Origin: Limisphaerales bacterium
GTDB taxonomy: Bacteria; Verrucomicrobiota; Verrucomicrobiia; Limisphaerales; JADJPG01
Assembly (NCBI GenBank): GCA_044230345.1
Contig: JBGARF010000043.1
Location: 1,161 to 65,160 of the forward strand
Reading direction: 5' to 3'
DNA length: 64,000 bases
Numbering within the stretch: position 1 is the first letter of the stretch; each line of letters opens with the position of its first letter. The notes under the pieces are model-generated. The model was not told where the DNA came from and did no database searches. It was given only the letters and a program-made list of their open reading frames with translations. Position numbers and translations under genes: made by a program. Positions 63,905 through 64,000 of this stretch are shown piece after piece.

Positions 63905-64000
63905 TCAGTCCACCGTGAGTTCGCGAAGCTGTCGTTCGACTTCTTTGCGCGCGGCTTCGCGTTGTTCGTCCGATAGTCCGCGGTCGATCTTGATCGGATC
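63905..64000 (-). CDS. 3' end of an unidentified gene (partial, runs off the right edge)
   Basis: The minus frame is open to the window edge, ending ...DPIKIDRGLSDEQREAARKEVERQLRELTVD with a TGA at 63907-63905. It is too short to name. Confidence 0.3.
   Translation of the reverse strand, partial: DPIKIDRGLSDEQREAARKEVERQLRELTVD

Noticed and set aside
1-64000. tRNA, rRNA, tmRNA, transposase, integrase, toxin-antitoxin or known defence-system genes
   Set aside because: None was recognised in any intergenic region or ORF. A tRNAscan, Rfam and defence-HMM scan would be needed to be certain.

Overview
This is a GC-rich bacterial chromosomal segment with strong GC3 bias. The gene content points to the PVC superphylum, most likely Verrucomicrobiota (inference). 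Supporting genes are a DUF1559/H-X9-DG pseudopilin, an autotransporter-associated beta-strand-repeat protein, an ECF sigma factor paired with a Ser/Thr kinase, and many giant signal-peptide proteins built from FN3/Ig, CARDB, PD40 and beta-helix modules. I support about 40 protein-coding genes. Recognisable housekeeping genes are ilvB, infC, only the N-terminal half of carB, priA, a COG0523 metallochaperone GTPase, a TPP-dependent 2-keto-acid decarboxylase, a GT4 glycosyltransferase, an SLT lytic transglycosylase, and a complete cbb3 oxidase structural and biogenesis cluster (ccoI-ccoS-ccoNO-ccoQ-ccoP-ccoG-fixH-tauE-like, 21986-30698). I found no rRNA, tRNA, CRISPR array, transposase, integrase or recognisable phage-defence gene, and no convincing novel multi-gene system. 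The observations most worth a second look are: (1) a 23-codon Ile/Val/Leu-rich leader ORF with promoter-like hexamers and an intrinsic terminator directly upstream of ilvB; (2) a PaaX-like regulator gene bracketed exactly by two related 36-nt palindromes; (3) several families of short non-coding repeats, including a roughly 190-bp MITE-like element with terminal inverted repeats, an 850-bp pile-up of repeats at 51329-52184, and a 154-nt nested hairpin; (4) a carB gene that stops after the N-terminal half; (5) a recurring roughly 70-aa module ending in (F/Y)(F/Y/L)R(L/V) on six secreted proteins; (6) an ECF sigma / Ser-Thr kinase / giant SGNH-CARDB protein cluster whose three intergenic regions share a GTAACGT motif; and (7) a triple tandem 11-mer upstream of a PD40 protein gene. 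All functional calls come from motif recognition by eye. No database search was run.
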